Of a DNA stretch of 49,991 nucleotides, positions 1-8,742 are shown one piece after another. The translations under genes were made by a program, and so were the position numbers. How positions within the stretch are numbered: position 1 is the stretch's first letter; every line of letters starts with the position of its first letter. The stretch is from Candidatus Omnitrophota bacterium (GTDB taxonomy: Bacteria > Omnitrophota > Gorgyraeia > Zapsychrales > JANLHA01). The notes under the pieces are model-generated. The model searched no databases. It was given only the letters and a program-made list of their open reading frames with translations, and was not told the DNA's origin. The stretch is taken from NCBI GenBank assembly GCA_020849375.1, contig JADLGJ010000006.1, positions 1 to 49,991 on the forward strand. Direction: 5' to 3'.

Positions 1-2
1 AA

Positions 3-425
3 AAGATCTATGATCCCAAGGTCATGCTTAAGTCGGGTGCGTATATCATCATTGAACCGACCGAAGCGTTGACCGTCGTTGACGTTAACAGTGGAAAATT
101 TAAGACTCGCGCCAGCCCGGAAGAAGCCGCATTTATGGTTAACAGTGAAGCTGCGACCGAGATCGCCCGCCAATTACGTTTACGCGACATGGGCGGCATT
201 ATTGTTATTGACTTTATTGATATGACCCGTGAAGGGCACAAGCGCAAGATCATTGAAACGCTTGAACAGGAGCTGGCCCGCGATTATGCCAAGACAGAAG
301 TCAACCGTATTTCGCCCCTAGGGCTCGTGGAAATGACCCGTGCGCGTACCGGTAAGACGTTGGAGGCCATTTCCTTCGAGTCCTGCCCTTATTGTGACGG
401 CCGCGGCAAAATGCGCATCGAATAA
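3..425 (+). CDS. rng: Ribonuclease E/G family protein, C-terminal part (5' end lies outside the window)
   Basis: The frame is open from base 3 (KIYDPKV precedes the listed Met). The IIEPTEALTVVDVNSG and GGIIVIDFIDM segments are typical of the RNase E/G catalytic core. A CPYCDGRG Zn-link-like motif lies near the C-terminus. The short tail suggests G-type rather than E-type. Confidence 0.75.
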   Translation, partial: KIYDPKVMLKSGAYIIIEPTEALTVVDVNSGKFKTRASPEEAAFMVNSEAATEIARQLRLRDMGGIIVIDFIDMTREGHKRKIIETLEQELARDYAKTEVNRISPLGLVEMTRARTGKTLEAISFESCPYCDGRGKMRIE

Positions 426-433
426 GACGGAAC

Positions 434-462
434 TTGACAAATTGCCATAATCTGTTTAAATA
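434..462 (+). promoter_or_regulatory. Candidate sigma70-type promoter upstream of rplU
   Basis: TTGACA at 434-439, then a 17-nt spacer to a weak -10-like TAAATA at 457-462, in the spacer between RNase G and rplU. Confidence 0.3.
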
Positions 463-511
463 CTAGGCTTCAAGGCACAAAAGATTTATTAACAGTTAAA
501 GAGGTTACATT

Positions 512-823
512 ATGTACGCGATCGTTCAAATTGGCACGAGCCAATACAAAGTTGAAGAAGGCTCTACGATAGCCGCCAGCCGCGTTCCTGCCGAGATCGG
601 CAAGACGATTAACTTGGATAAAGTCCTCCTTATTGCTGATGGCAATACGGTCACCGTCGGACAACCTTATGTCCCGGGTGCGAAAGTCAGCGCCAAGGTC
701 GTTGAACAAGGTTTGGGTGAAAAAGTCGTGGCTTTCAAGTTCCGCAAGCGTAAGGACTCGATCCAAAAGATCGGTTACCGCAAGAAGCTGACTGCTCTTA
801 ATATCGTCAAAATCTCTCTTTGA
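512..823 (+). CDS. rplU: 50S ribosomal protein L21
   Basis: 103 aa. The N-terminus MYAIVQIGTSQYKVEEG is canonical for L21. Position upstream of obg also fits. Confidence 0.95.
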   Translation: MYAIVQIGTSQYKVEEGSTIAASRVPAEIGKTINLDKVLLIADGNTVTVGQPYVPGAKVSAKVVEQGLGEKVVAFKFRKRKDSIQKIGYRKKLTALNIVKISL

Positions 824-834
824 TAAATAGTTTC

Positions 835-920
835 GGCTCGGGTGACGCGGAGGGGGTCCCCTTCTCGCACGGAGCCGATAGGCGAGTACGAGAAGGGTCC
901 GGAGCGGCAGGACCCGAGCC
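835..920 (+). other. GC-rich nested stem-loop element in the rplU-obg spacer, function unknown
   Basis: Outer stem GGCTCGGGT (835-843) pairs with ACCCGAGCC (912-920). Inner stem CCCTTCTCG (859-867) pairs with CGAGAAGGG (889-897). An alternative hairpin pairs GGGTCC (895-900) with GGACCC (910-915). No U-run follows. Confidence 0.5.
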
Positions 921-938
921 ATAAATAAAGGTGTAAAG

Positions 939-1922
939 ATGGCGTTCGTTGATGAAGCAAGGATTTTCGTCAAAGGTGGAAATGGCGGAAAAGGTTGCGA
1001 AAGTTTTTATCAAGACAAATTGACCCGCTATCCCCGCCCTGACGGTGGTGACGGCGGTAAGGGCGGCGACGTGACTTTTGTGGCCGACAAGAATATCCAC
1101 ACGTTGCTGGACTATCGTTTTAAGCAACATTACGAGGGCGGCCGGGGCGGCCACGGCAGCAGCAAGAATTTTAAGGGCAAAAGCGGCAAAGACATCTTTT
1201 TGCGGGTCCCGACCGGGACGATCATCCGCGATTTCGAAACCAAACTTCTTATTCGTGATCTTGTTGAGGACGGCGAGTCCGTTCTCATTGCTAAGGGCGG
1301 CCTTCAAGGGCGCGGTAATCATGATAATCGTCGTCCGCTTCCCCCGGGCATCGGCGAAGCTAAAACGATCCATCTTGAACTTAAACTCATCGCCGATGTT
1401 GGTATCGTGGGATTTCCCAACGCCGGTAAATCGACGCTGATTTCCAATATTTCTAAAGTTAAATCCAAGATCGCGAATTACCATTTTACGACTAAACAGC
1501 CGATCTTGGGTGTTGTCATTCACGACGACAATTCGCATTTTATTGTGGCTGATCTGCCCGGATTGATCGAAGGCGCGCATGCGGGAAAAGGCATGGGTGA
1601 CCGCTTCTTGAAACACGCCGAGCGCACGAAGATCCTACTTCACGTCATTGACATGGCCGGCAGCGAAGCGCGCGATCCCCTCGAGGATTACGCGAAGATC
1701 AAAAAAGAATTGGAACTGTACAGCGATAAGCTGGCAGAAAAGATCCGTTTGGTCGTCGCTAATAAAATGGACCTTCCGGAAGCTGAAGAGAACTTGAAAC
1801 GGTTTAAAAAGAAATATAAAAAGGAAAAAGTGATCAGCGTTTCCGCGATCGAGAACAAGGGGTTAGATAAACTCGTTGAAGAGCTGTGGAAGCTTTTAAG
1901 AAAAGCCAAGGCCGAAGCATAA
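939..1922 (+). CDS. obg: GTPase Obg/CgtA (short form, no extended C-terminal domain)
   Basis: The N-terminus MAFVDEARIFVKGGNGGKGCESF and a glycine-rich Obg fold are present. G1 is GFPNAGKST and G3 is DLPGLIEGA. 327 aa. Confidence 0.95.
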   Translation: MAFVDEARIFVKGGNGGKGCESFYQDKLTRYPRPDGGDGGKGGDVTFVADKNIHTLLDYRFKQHYEGGRGGHGSSKNFKGKSGKDIFLRVPTGTIIRDFETKLLIRDLVEDGESVLIAKGGLQGRGNHDNRRPLPPGIGEAKTIHLELKLIADVGIVGFPNAGKSTLISNISKVKSKIANYHFTTKQPILGVVIHDDNSHFIVADLPGLIEGAHAGKGMGDRFLKHAERTKILLHVIDMAGSEARDPLEDYAKIKKELELYSDKLAEKIRLVVANKMDLPEAEENLKRFKKKYKKEKVISVSAIENKGLDKLVEELWKLLRKAKAEA

Positions 1923-1926
1923 AATT

Positions 1927-3021
1927 ATGACACGTACATTTTCGCGTCCTATTAAAAGAGTGGTCGTTAAAGTCGGTTCGAGCGTGATCGCCGGTTATAC
2001 GCTCAAAGCCCGGGCGGCCCAACTGCGTTCGCTCGTCGAGCAAATGAGTTTCTTGAATGCTAAAGGGATCGAGGTCGTTTTGGTCAGTTCGGGCGCCATT
2101 GTTTTAGGGATGGGCGAGCTCGGCCTTAAAATCCGCCCTTCGGACCTGGCCTCTTTGCAAGCTCTTGCCGCCGTCGGGCAAGCGGTTCTGATGAAGAGAT
2201 ACAGCGACCTTTTTAAAAAAGCAAAAGCCAAGTGTGCGCAGGTCCTTTTAACATGGGACGATTTTGATTCCCGTGAACGTTACAATAATGCGACCCACAC
2301 TTTAAAAGCGATCTTGGCGCACGGCGTCATTCCGATCATTAATGAGAACGATACGATATCAACGGATGAAATTAAATTTGGTGACAATGATAAGCTTTCG
2401 GCACTGGTAGCGGGTTTGGTCCACGCAGACCTTTTGATCTTGCTGTCTGACGTCGAGGGGCTTTATGAGAAGCGTGATGGGAAAACCGAATATTTCTCTG
2501 AAGTCAAAGAGATCAATGCTGATATTCAGGGTGTTGCCGGCGGTTCAGCGAATAAGAATATTTCTAAAGGCGGCATGTCGGCCAAGCTTGATGCGATCAA
2601 GATCGCGACCCATGCGAATATCCCTTGCGTGATCGCCAGCGGTTCCAGCAAAGATGTTCTTGACCGTGTTGTCAATGGCGAACGGGTCGGAACTTTCTTT
2701 TTTGCACAAGAAGATAAGGCCTTGGCCCGACAACACTGGATCTCTTTTGTCGCTAAGCCCAAGGGCGCCGTGACCGTTGATGCCGGTGCTGCCGAAGCAT
2801 TGCTCAAGGGCGGAAAAAGTTTGCTGTTACCCGGTGTCTCTAAATGCGAAGGCCATTTTAAAGCCCATGACGTTGTTGTCGTCCAGGACCAGTGCGGTGA
2901 TGAGATCGCCCGCGGGGTCATTGAATATTCTCTGCCGGACCTTATCAGCGCCGGGACAACAGGTAAAAAAGGTAAGCGGGAAGTCATTCATTGTGATAAT
3001 TTAGTCCTTTGTAAGAGATAA
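1927..3021 (+). CDS. proB: Glutamate 5-kinase with C-terminal PUA domain
   Basis: 364 aa. VVVKVGSS, INENDTISTDEIKFGDNDKLSALVA and a PUA-like C-terminus are present. It is followed directly by proA. Confidence 0.93.
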   Translation: MTRTFSRPIKRVVVKVGSSVIAGYTLKARAAQLRSLVEQMSFLNAKGIEVVLVSSGAIVLGMGELGLKIRPSDLASLQALAAVGQAVLMKRYSDLFKKAKAKCAQVLLTWDDFDSRERYNNATHTLKAILAHGVIPIINENDTISTDEIKFGDNDKLSALVAGLVHADLLILLSDVEGLYEKRDGKTEYFSEVKEINADIQGVAGGSANKNISKGGMSAKLDAIKIATHANIPCVIASGSSKDVLDRVVNGERVGTFFFAQEDKALARQHWISFVAKPKGAVTVDAGAAEALLKGGKSLLLPGVSKCEGHFKAHDVVVVQDQCGDEIARGVIEYSLPDLISAGTTGKKGKREVIHCDNLVLCKR

Positions 3022-3025
3022 AGCC

Positions 3026-4288
3026 ATGAGCGCAAAATTAAAAGACCGTGTCCGTAAAATAGCTGAAAAAGCTAAGGCGGCGTCGTCTGTGCTGGCGCAG
3101 TTGAGCGTCAGTGATAAAAATAACGCGCTCTTGGCCATCGCCGGGGCGATTTTGACCCATCAGGATGCGATTATCAAGGCTAACAACAAAGACCTTGCCC
3201 AAGCTAAAAAAGAAAAATATCCTGCCGCGCTCGTTGACCGTTTAGCCTTGGATGAAAAACGCATTATTGCAATGGCCGAAGGTTTAAAAGATACCGCGGC
3301 CTTAAGGGATCCGATCGGTGAGATCTTGGACACGACCGAGCGGCCCAATGGTTTGCTCATTAAGAAGATCCGCGTGCCGATCGGGGTCGTTGCGATCATT
3401 TTTGAGTCCCGTCCGAATGTCACGGCGGACTGTATTGCCCTTTGTTTGAAATCCGGCAATGCGGTCATTTTAAAAGGCGGTAAGGAAGCGGCATATTCGA
3501 ATGACGCGATCTTTAAGGTCTGCCGCAAGGCGCTTAAAGACACGGCCATACCTGCCGAAGCCGTACAAATGGTTCCTTCCAAGGACCGTAAAGCGGTTGA
3601 TGCCCTTTTAAAGCTCGACGACCTTGTTGACCTTGTGATCCCCCGCGGCGGAGAAGGGCTGATCCGTTTTGTCGCCGAGAACTCCAGCATCCCGGTCATT
3701 AAACATTTCAAAGGTGTGTGCCATATTTACGTGAGTGACCAAGCTGACCTCGCGATGGCGGAAGAAGTGTGTTTTAACGCGAAAGTCCAGCGGCCGGGAA
3801 CGTGTAACGCGATGGAAAAAATGCTGGTCCATAAGGATGTTGCTGATAAATTTTTGCGCAGCATGCTCCACCGCTTTACTGATGCCGGTGTGGAATTGCG
3901 CGGGGATGCGAAAACACGGCAGATCTCTAAAAAAGTTAAGCCCGCATCCAAAGAGGATTGGACGACAGAATACTTGGACTTGATCCTGACCGTGAAGATC
4001 GTCGGCTCTTTGGATGAAGCGATCGGGCATATTAATACCTTTGGCTCGCATCATTCGGACGCGATCATTACGAAGAGCGAAGAAGAAATTGAAAAGTTTT
4101 TCAAGTCGATCGACTCTGCATGTGTTTACTCCAATGCCTCGACTCGTTTTACTGACGGGTATGAGTTTGGTTTTGGCGCCGAGGTCGGAATCAGTACTGA
4201 TAAGATCCACGCGCGCGGCCCTATGGGGTTGGAAGGCTTGACGACGTATAAATATATTGTGTCCGGCAATGGCCAGATCCGGCAATAG
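3026..4288 (+). CDS. proA: Gamma-glutamyl phosphate reductase
   Basis: 420 aa aldehyde-dehydrogenase-like protein. IFESRPNV, CNAMEKMLVH and HINTFGSHHSDAIIT are characteristic of ProA. It ends in TAG. Confidence 0.93.
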   Translation: MSAKLKDRVRKIAEKAKAASSVLAQLSVSDKNNALLAIAGAILTHQDAIIKANNKDLAQAKKEKYPAALVDRLALDEKRIIAMAEGLKDTAALRDPIGEILDTTERPNGLLIKKIRVPIGVVAIIFESRPNVTADCIALCLKSGNAVILKGGKEAAYSNDAIFKVCRKALKDTAIPAEAVQMVPSKDRKAVDALLKLDDLVDLVIPRGGEGLIRFVAENSSIPVIKHFKGVCHIYVSDQADLAMAEEVCFNAKVQRPGTCNAMEKMLVHKDVADKFLRSMLHRFTDAGVELRGDAKTRQISKKVKPASKEDWTTEYLDLILTVKIVGSLDEAIGHINTFGSHHSDAIITKSEEEIEKFFKSIDSACVYSNASTRFTDGYEFGFGAEVGISTDKIHARGPMGLEGLTTYKYIVSGNGQIRQ

Positions 4289-4408
4289 GTAAAGTTGGGA
4301 AAGGCCCTGTGCGAGTTTGGCGAGGACCGTCAAAAGTTTTATTTAAGAATTAAGTGTAAAGCGGGATGAGCCACTGTTTGAGCAACAGGACCTTTCCCAA
4401 CTTTACCT
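4287..4408. repeat. Long-arm inverted repeat spanning the proA-nadD spacer
   Basis: Left arm AGGTAAAGTTGGGAAAGGCCCTG (4287-4309) is complementary to the right arm CAGGACCTTTCCCAACTTTACCT (4386-4408). That gives 18 bp, one C/A mismatch, then 4 bp. The intervening loop is 76 nt. Confidence 0.8.
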
Positions 4409-4423
4409 TAAATAGGATTTTGA

Positions 4424-5008
4424 ATGAAAAGAATCGGTTTTTTCGGTGGGACATTTAACCCTATACACATGGGGCATTTGGCTATCGCGCAAATGGCGCA
4501 GGAGCGCTTTAAGCTCGATAAAGTCATTTTCATTCCTTCGCATCAGCCGCCACATAAAAATATTGCCCCGCTCGCCTCAGCTAAAGACCGTTACAAAATG
4601 GTCCGGCTGGCAACCGCTGGCAACGAATACTTTGAAGTCTCCGATGTGGAAACAAAACGCGTCGGGAAATCCTATACTGTCGACACGCTCCGTCATTTTC
4701 GTAAAAGCTATCCTGCAAAAGTTAAATTTTTCTTCATTATCGGCGGCGACAGTTTGGGAACATTGCCGCAATGGAAAAATATTGATGAGATCTTAAAGCT
4801 TGCTGCTTTTATCGTCGTAAATCGTCCAGGATACAGCGATATTAAAAACATCAAGCATCTCACTGTGACCAAGCCGGGCATTGATATTTCGTCATCGTAT
4901 TTGCGTGAACGTATTAATTCGCGCAAATCGATCCGCTATCTTGTCCCTGAAGCCATTTACCACTACATTATTAAGCACGGACTTTATAAAACTCAGAAGA
5001 AAGGTTAA
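4424..5008 (+). CDS. nadD: Nicotinate-nucleotide adenylyltransferase
   Basis: 194 aa. GGTFNPIHMGHL (the HxGH nucleotidyltransferase motif) and ISSSYLRERI (ISST-like motif) are present. The obg-proBA-nadD neighbourhood is typical. Confidence 0.92.
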   Translation: MKRIGFFGGTFNPIHMGHLAIAQMAQERFKLDKVIFIPSHQPPHKNIAPLASAKDRYKMVRLATAGNEYFEVSDVETKRVGKSYTVDTLRHFRKSYPAKVKFFFIIGGDSLGTLPQWKNIDEILKLAAFIVVNRPGYSDIKNIKHLTVTKPGIDISSSYLRERINSRKSIRYLVPEAIYHYIIKHGLYKTQKKG

Positions 5009-5011
5009 CCG

Positions 5012-6433
5012 ATGAGCACAACAAGCGAGATCAAATTTGGGACCGACGGCTGGCGCGCAGTTATTTCCGACACGTTCACGTTTAAAAATGTCATGGCCTG
5101 CAGCCAAGGGATCGCGGAATGGATCAATAATGATTTGAAGCCGATCGACGGCCGAAGGCTCGTTTGTATTGCTTATGACACTCGCTTTATGGGTGTTGAT
5201 TACGCTCAGTTGGTCGCACGAGTTTTAGCCGCTAATGGTATCGAGATCGTTTTTTCTGACTCGCCGATCCCGACGCCGGCGTTGAGTTATGGAGTTCCGA
5301 CCCATGGGGGTGTCGCTGGGATCATGATCACGGCGAGCCACAATCCGTATCGATTTAACGGGATCAAAATTAAAACTTATCTTGGCGGCGGCGCGTCCCG
5401 CGATATTACCGATAACGTGGAAGCCTACCTTTTTAAGACCGAAGTGAAGATCATGGATTTTGAACAGGCTAAGGCGGGCGGCAAGATCAAGATCCATAAT
5501 TTTAAGACCGCTTATTTGAAGTTCATGAAAAACTACGTCGACATGAAAAAGATCAAGAACGCTAAGTTCAAGGTCATTATGGACGCGATGCATGGCAGCG
5601 GCAATGGCCTGATCGCGGAAGTCCTCAAAGGCAGTAAGATCCGTTTAACACTCATGCGTTCCGAAATTAATCCTTATTTTGACGGTAAGAAGCCGGAACC
5701 GATCGCGGAAATGCTCGAGGGAATTTTAGGCCGAGTCAAAAAAGAAAAGTTCGACCTTGGCCTTGTCCTTGACGGCGATGCGGACCGCATTGCCGCTGTT
5801 TCGACGGGTGGGGAATTTTTAAATCCGCAAAAGATCTTAGGATTGCTTATTTTGCATTTGGCCCGTAATCGCGGCCGTACCGGCGGAGTTGTCAAAACCA
5901 TTTGCGGAACGACCTTGATAGACAATATCGCCAAGAAACTTAATTTAAAGCTTTATGAAACCCCGGTCGGATTTAAATATATCTCCGACCTGATGATCTC
6001 GGAACGCCTCATCGCCGGCGGGGAAGAGGCGGGCGGATTAGGTTTTCAGGATTATATCCCGGAACGTGACGGAACATTAGCCGGCCTTCTTTTGCTCGAA
6101 ATGATGGTCTATCAAAAGAAAAACATCAAAAAGATCATTGATGACATGGAAAAAGAATTCGGCCGGTATTATTATTTGCGTGCCGACGTCAAATTGACGC
6201 CGGGTGTTTCGGTTGACCTCAATAAGATCAAGACCATCGACAATTTACTCGGCAAGAAAGTCGTTGGCATGAAAGACTTTGACGGCGTGAAGCTTATTTG
6301 TGAAGATGAAAGCTGGCTGATGTTTCGCCCATCGGGAACCGAACCGCTCGTGCGTGCTTATTGTGAAGCCAAATCGCTGGCCCGTGCTAAGCAGTTGATC
6401 GCCTACGGAGAGAAATTGTTACTAGGGAAATAA
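5012..6433 (+). CDS. Phosphoglucomutase/phosphomannomutase family protein (alpha-D-phosphohexomutase)
   Basis: 473 aa. The catalytic-serine loop ITASHNP, the metal loop DGDADR and the GGEEAGG sugar-binding loop are present. Confidence 0.88.
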   Translation: MSTTSEIKFGTDGWRAVISDTFTFKNVMACSQGIAEWINNDLKPIDGRRLVCIAYDTRFMGVDYAQLVARVLAANGIEIVFSDSPIPTPALSYGVPTHGGVAGIMITASHNPYRFNGIKIKTYLGGGASRDITDNVEAYLFKTEVKIMDFEQAKAGGKIKIHNFKTAYLKFMKNYVDMKKIKNAKFKVIMDAMHGSGNGLIAEVLKGSKIRLTLMRSEINPYFDGKKPEPIAEMLEGILGRVKKEKFDLGLVLDGDADRIAAVSTGGEFLNPQKILGLLILHLARNRGRTGGVVKTICGTTLIDNIAKKLNLKLYETPVGFKYISDLMISERLIAGGEEAGGLGFQDYIPERDGTLAGLLLLEMMVYQKKNIKKIIDDMEKEFGRYYYLRADVKLTPGVSVDLNKIKTIDNLLGKKVVGMKDFDGVKLICEDESWLMFRPSGTEPLVRAYCEAKSLARAKQLIAYGEKLLLGK

Positions 6434-6434
6434 A

Positions 6435-7022
6435 ATGATCCCTTTGTATTGGTTTGCTTATGCTGTCCTGAAGATCGTTAATCCGTTCTGCTTTCCTTTG
6501 ACGATCGTCGGGCGCGAGAACATTCCTGCCAAAGGTGCCTTTCTTGTGGCGAGCAATCATATTAGTAATATGGATCCGCCGTTGGTCAGTTACGCGGTCC
6601 ACCGGCCGATCTTTCATATCGCCAAAAAAAGCTTGTTCAACAACAAGATCTTCGGCTTATTACTATCTTCCGTCGGAGCTTTTCCGATCCAGCGCGAAGG
6701 CTCGGACGTGAGCGCGATGCGCGAATGCCTGCGTAAGCTCAAGGCTGGTTATCCGTTAGCCCTTTTCCCGACCGGGACGCGCGTGACCGGTGAACAGGCC
6801 GCCGCAGCCAAGGGCGGGGTCGGTTTTCTCGCCGTTAAAGGCAAGGTGCCGGTCATTCCCATGAAGATCATCGGGACGGACATCGTCATGCCAAAAGGCG
6901 CAAAAGGTCTTCAAAAACATCCGGTTAGGATCGTGATCGGAAAACCGCTTAATGTTTCTGCCTCACAAAGTTATGAAGAGACCGCCTCTGAGATCCTGCA
7001 AAAAATCAATTCCCTTCAGTAG
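6435..7022 (+). CDS. plsC: 1-acyl-sn-glycerol-3-phosphate acyltransferase
   Basis: 195 aa. The H(x)4D motif NHISNMD and FPTGTR (the FPEGTR-type block) are present. It ends in TAG. Confidence 0.85.
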   Translation: MIPLYWFAYAVLKIVNPFCFPLTIVGRENIPAKGAFLVASNHISNMDPPLVSYAVHRPIFHIAKKSLFNNKIFGLLLSSVGAFPIQREGSDVSAMRECLRKLKAGYPLALFPTGTRVTGEQAAAAKGGVGFLAVKGKVPVIPMKIIGTDIVMPKGAKGLQKHPVRIVIGKPLNVSASQSYEETASEILQKINSLQ

Positions 7023-7034
7023 CCAAAATATTGG

Positions 7035-7062
7035 TTGACAAAAAAGATTATTTTGCGATAAT
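7035..7062 (+). promoter_or_regulatory. Candidate sigma70-type promoter of rpsA
   Basis: TTGACA (7035-7040), a 16-nt spacer, then GATAAT (7057-7062), about 75 nt upstream of the rpsA ATG. Confidence 0.5.
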
Positions 7063-7101
7063 TGAACCACTTTAAAAAGGGAAACCTGTTTAAAGAATTC
7101 T

Positions 7102-7118
7102 TCTCGGCCAAGCCGAGA
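7102..7118 (+). promoter_or_regulatory. Hairpin in the rpsA 5' leader
   Basis: TCTCGGC (7102-7108) pairs with GCCGAGA (7112-7118) around a CAA loop. It is flanked by two purine tracts, AAAAAGGGAAAC (7074-7085) and AAAAGGGGAAAC (7121-7132); the second serves as the SD. Confidence 0.35.
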
Positions 7119-7137
7119 CAAAAGGGGAAACACAATC

Positions 7138-8685
7138 ATGACTGAAACAAAACAAAGTACAATGGCGGAACTTTACGCAGCGTCCGTCAAGAGCGTTAAA
7201 GAAGGGCATATCGTTAAGGGGACCGTCGTAGCTATTACGGAAAAAGAAGCGGTTATCGATATTGGTTTTAAATCTGAAGGTTTTATCCCATTAGAAGAAT
7301 TCCGCAATAAAGAAGAACTTGAACTGGGCCGTGAAATTGACGTCCTTGTTGAATCGGTAGAAGATGACGAAGGCCGCTTGGTCCTTTCCCGCGCGAAAGC
7401 CGAAAAGGTCAAGGGTTGGCAAAAAGTCATGGTTGATATAGAAGAAGGCCACGTTGTTGAAGGCCGTGTTGTTAAGCAGGTCAAGGGTGGTTACATGGTC
7501 GACGTTGAAGGCGTCGAAGGCTTCTTGCCGATGTCCTTATCCGCTTTCAAGGGTTACGCCAACGATACCATCATGGCGAACAAATTTAACTTCCAGGTCG
7601 CCAAGATCAACAAACAACGCCGCAATTTGATCCTTTCTCGTCGTGATATTTTCCAAAAAGAACGCGATCTCGTCCGTGAAAAGCTTTGGGGCGAACTCAA
7701 AAAAGGCGAACGCCGCAAGGGTGCGGTCAAAGGCATTACTGATTTTGGGGCTTTTATTGACCTCGGTGGCGTTGACGGCCTTCTCCATATTACGGATATG
7801 AGCTGGTCACGCATTAATCATCCGAGCGAAATTGTTCAATTAGGTGACAAAATCGAAGTCATCATTCTCGATTTCGATCAAGCCAATTCAAAAGTTTCTT
7901 TAGGTCTCAAGCAGATCTCCCCGAATCCGTGGGACGATATCTATCAAAAATATCCTGCCGGTGCAAAGATCAAGGGTAAAGTCGTCAACATTATGCCCTA
8001 CGGCGTTTTTGTTGAGATCGAAAAGGGCATCGAAGGCCTTCTCCACTCTTCCGAAATTTCTTGGCAGAAAAAGATGGTCAATCCGCAAGAAATGTTCAAA
8101 CTTGGTGATGAGATCAGCTGTGTCATCATCAATGTTGATAAAGATTCCAAGCGCATTTCCTTGAGCATGAAGCAGCTTGAGATCAACCCGTGGCTTGAAG
8201 CGCAAAAGAGCCTTCCCGTCGGGAAAAATGTCAAAGGGGCCGTCCGCGGCTTCACCGATTACGGCGCTTTTGTTGAATTGGAAAGCGGCCTTGAAGGCAT
8301 GATCCACGTTTCTGATATGTCATGGGTGAAGAAAGTCAATCATCCGCAGGAAGTCTTACAAAAGGGCCAGGATGTCGAAGTCCAGGTTTTGGCCGTCGAC
8401 CCTGATAGCCGTAAGATCACCTTAGGTTTAAAACAACTCACCGAAAATCCTTGGGCCGCGATCGCTGAGAAATACGCTGTTGGCAGCGAAGTGGATTCAC
8501 AAGTGGTCTTAAATTCCAGTTTTGGGGTTTTTGTCCGCTTGCCGGGAGATGTCGAAGCTTTGGTTTACTCGTCAGAAATTGACAAAGACCAGGCTGCGGC
8601 GTTGAAGCCAGGGGATCCGTTACGAGTCAAAATTATCAAAGTTGATGTTGATCAGATGAAAATTGGAGTCAGCACCCGCCTGTAA
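7138..8685 (+). CDS. rpsA: 30S ribosomal protein S1
   Basis: 515 aa with repeated S1/OB motifs (G.V...T.FGAFIDLGGVDGLLHI.., HVSDMSW, etc.). Confidence 0.95.
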   Translation: MTETKQSTMAELYAASVKSVKEGHIVKGTVVAITEKEAVIDIGFKSEGFIPLEEFRNKEELELGREIDVLVESVEDDEGRLVLSRAKAEKVKGWQKVMVDIEEGHVVEGRVVKQVKGGYMVDVEGVEGFLPMSLSAFKGYANDTIMANKFNFQVAKINKQRRNLILSRRDIFQKERDLVREKLWGELKKGERRKGAVKGITDFGAFIDLGGVDGLLHITDMSWSRINHPSEIVQLGDKIEVIILDFDQANSKVSLGLKQISPNPWDDIYQKYPAGAKIKGKVVNIMPYGVFVEIEKGIEGLLHSSEISWQKKMVNPQEMFKLGDEISCVIINVDKDSKRISLSMKQLEINPWLEAQKSLPVGKNVKGAVRGFTDYGAFVELESGLEGMIHVSDMSWVKKVNHPQEVLQKGQDVEVQVLAVDPDSRKITLGLKQLTENPWAAIAEKYAVGSEVDSQVVLNSSFGVFVRLPGDVEALVYSSEIDKDQAAALKPGDPLRVKIIKVDVDQMKIGVSTRL

Positions 8686-8742
8686 TTTGACGCGGCCACG
8701 CCTCTGAGAGTTCATTCGTGTTCCTTTTTTTGGAAATTTTCT

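Noticed and set aside
1078-1440. Same-strand alternative-frame ORFs nested in known genes, for example 1078-1440 in obg, 33547-33837 in rpsE, 26531-26833 in rplD and 3735-3983 in proA.
   Set aside because: - They are fully embedded in conserved genes and their translations are Arg/Ser/Ala-rich frame-shift artefacts.
- No SD or motif supports overprinting.
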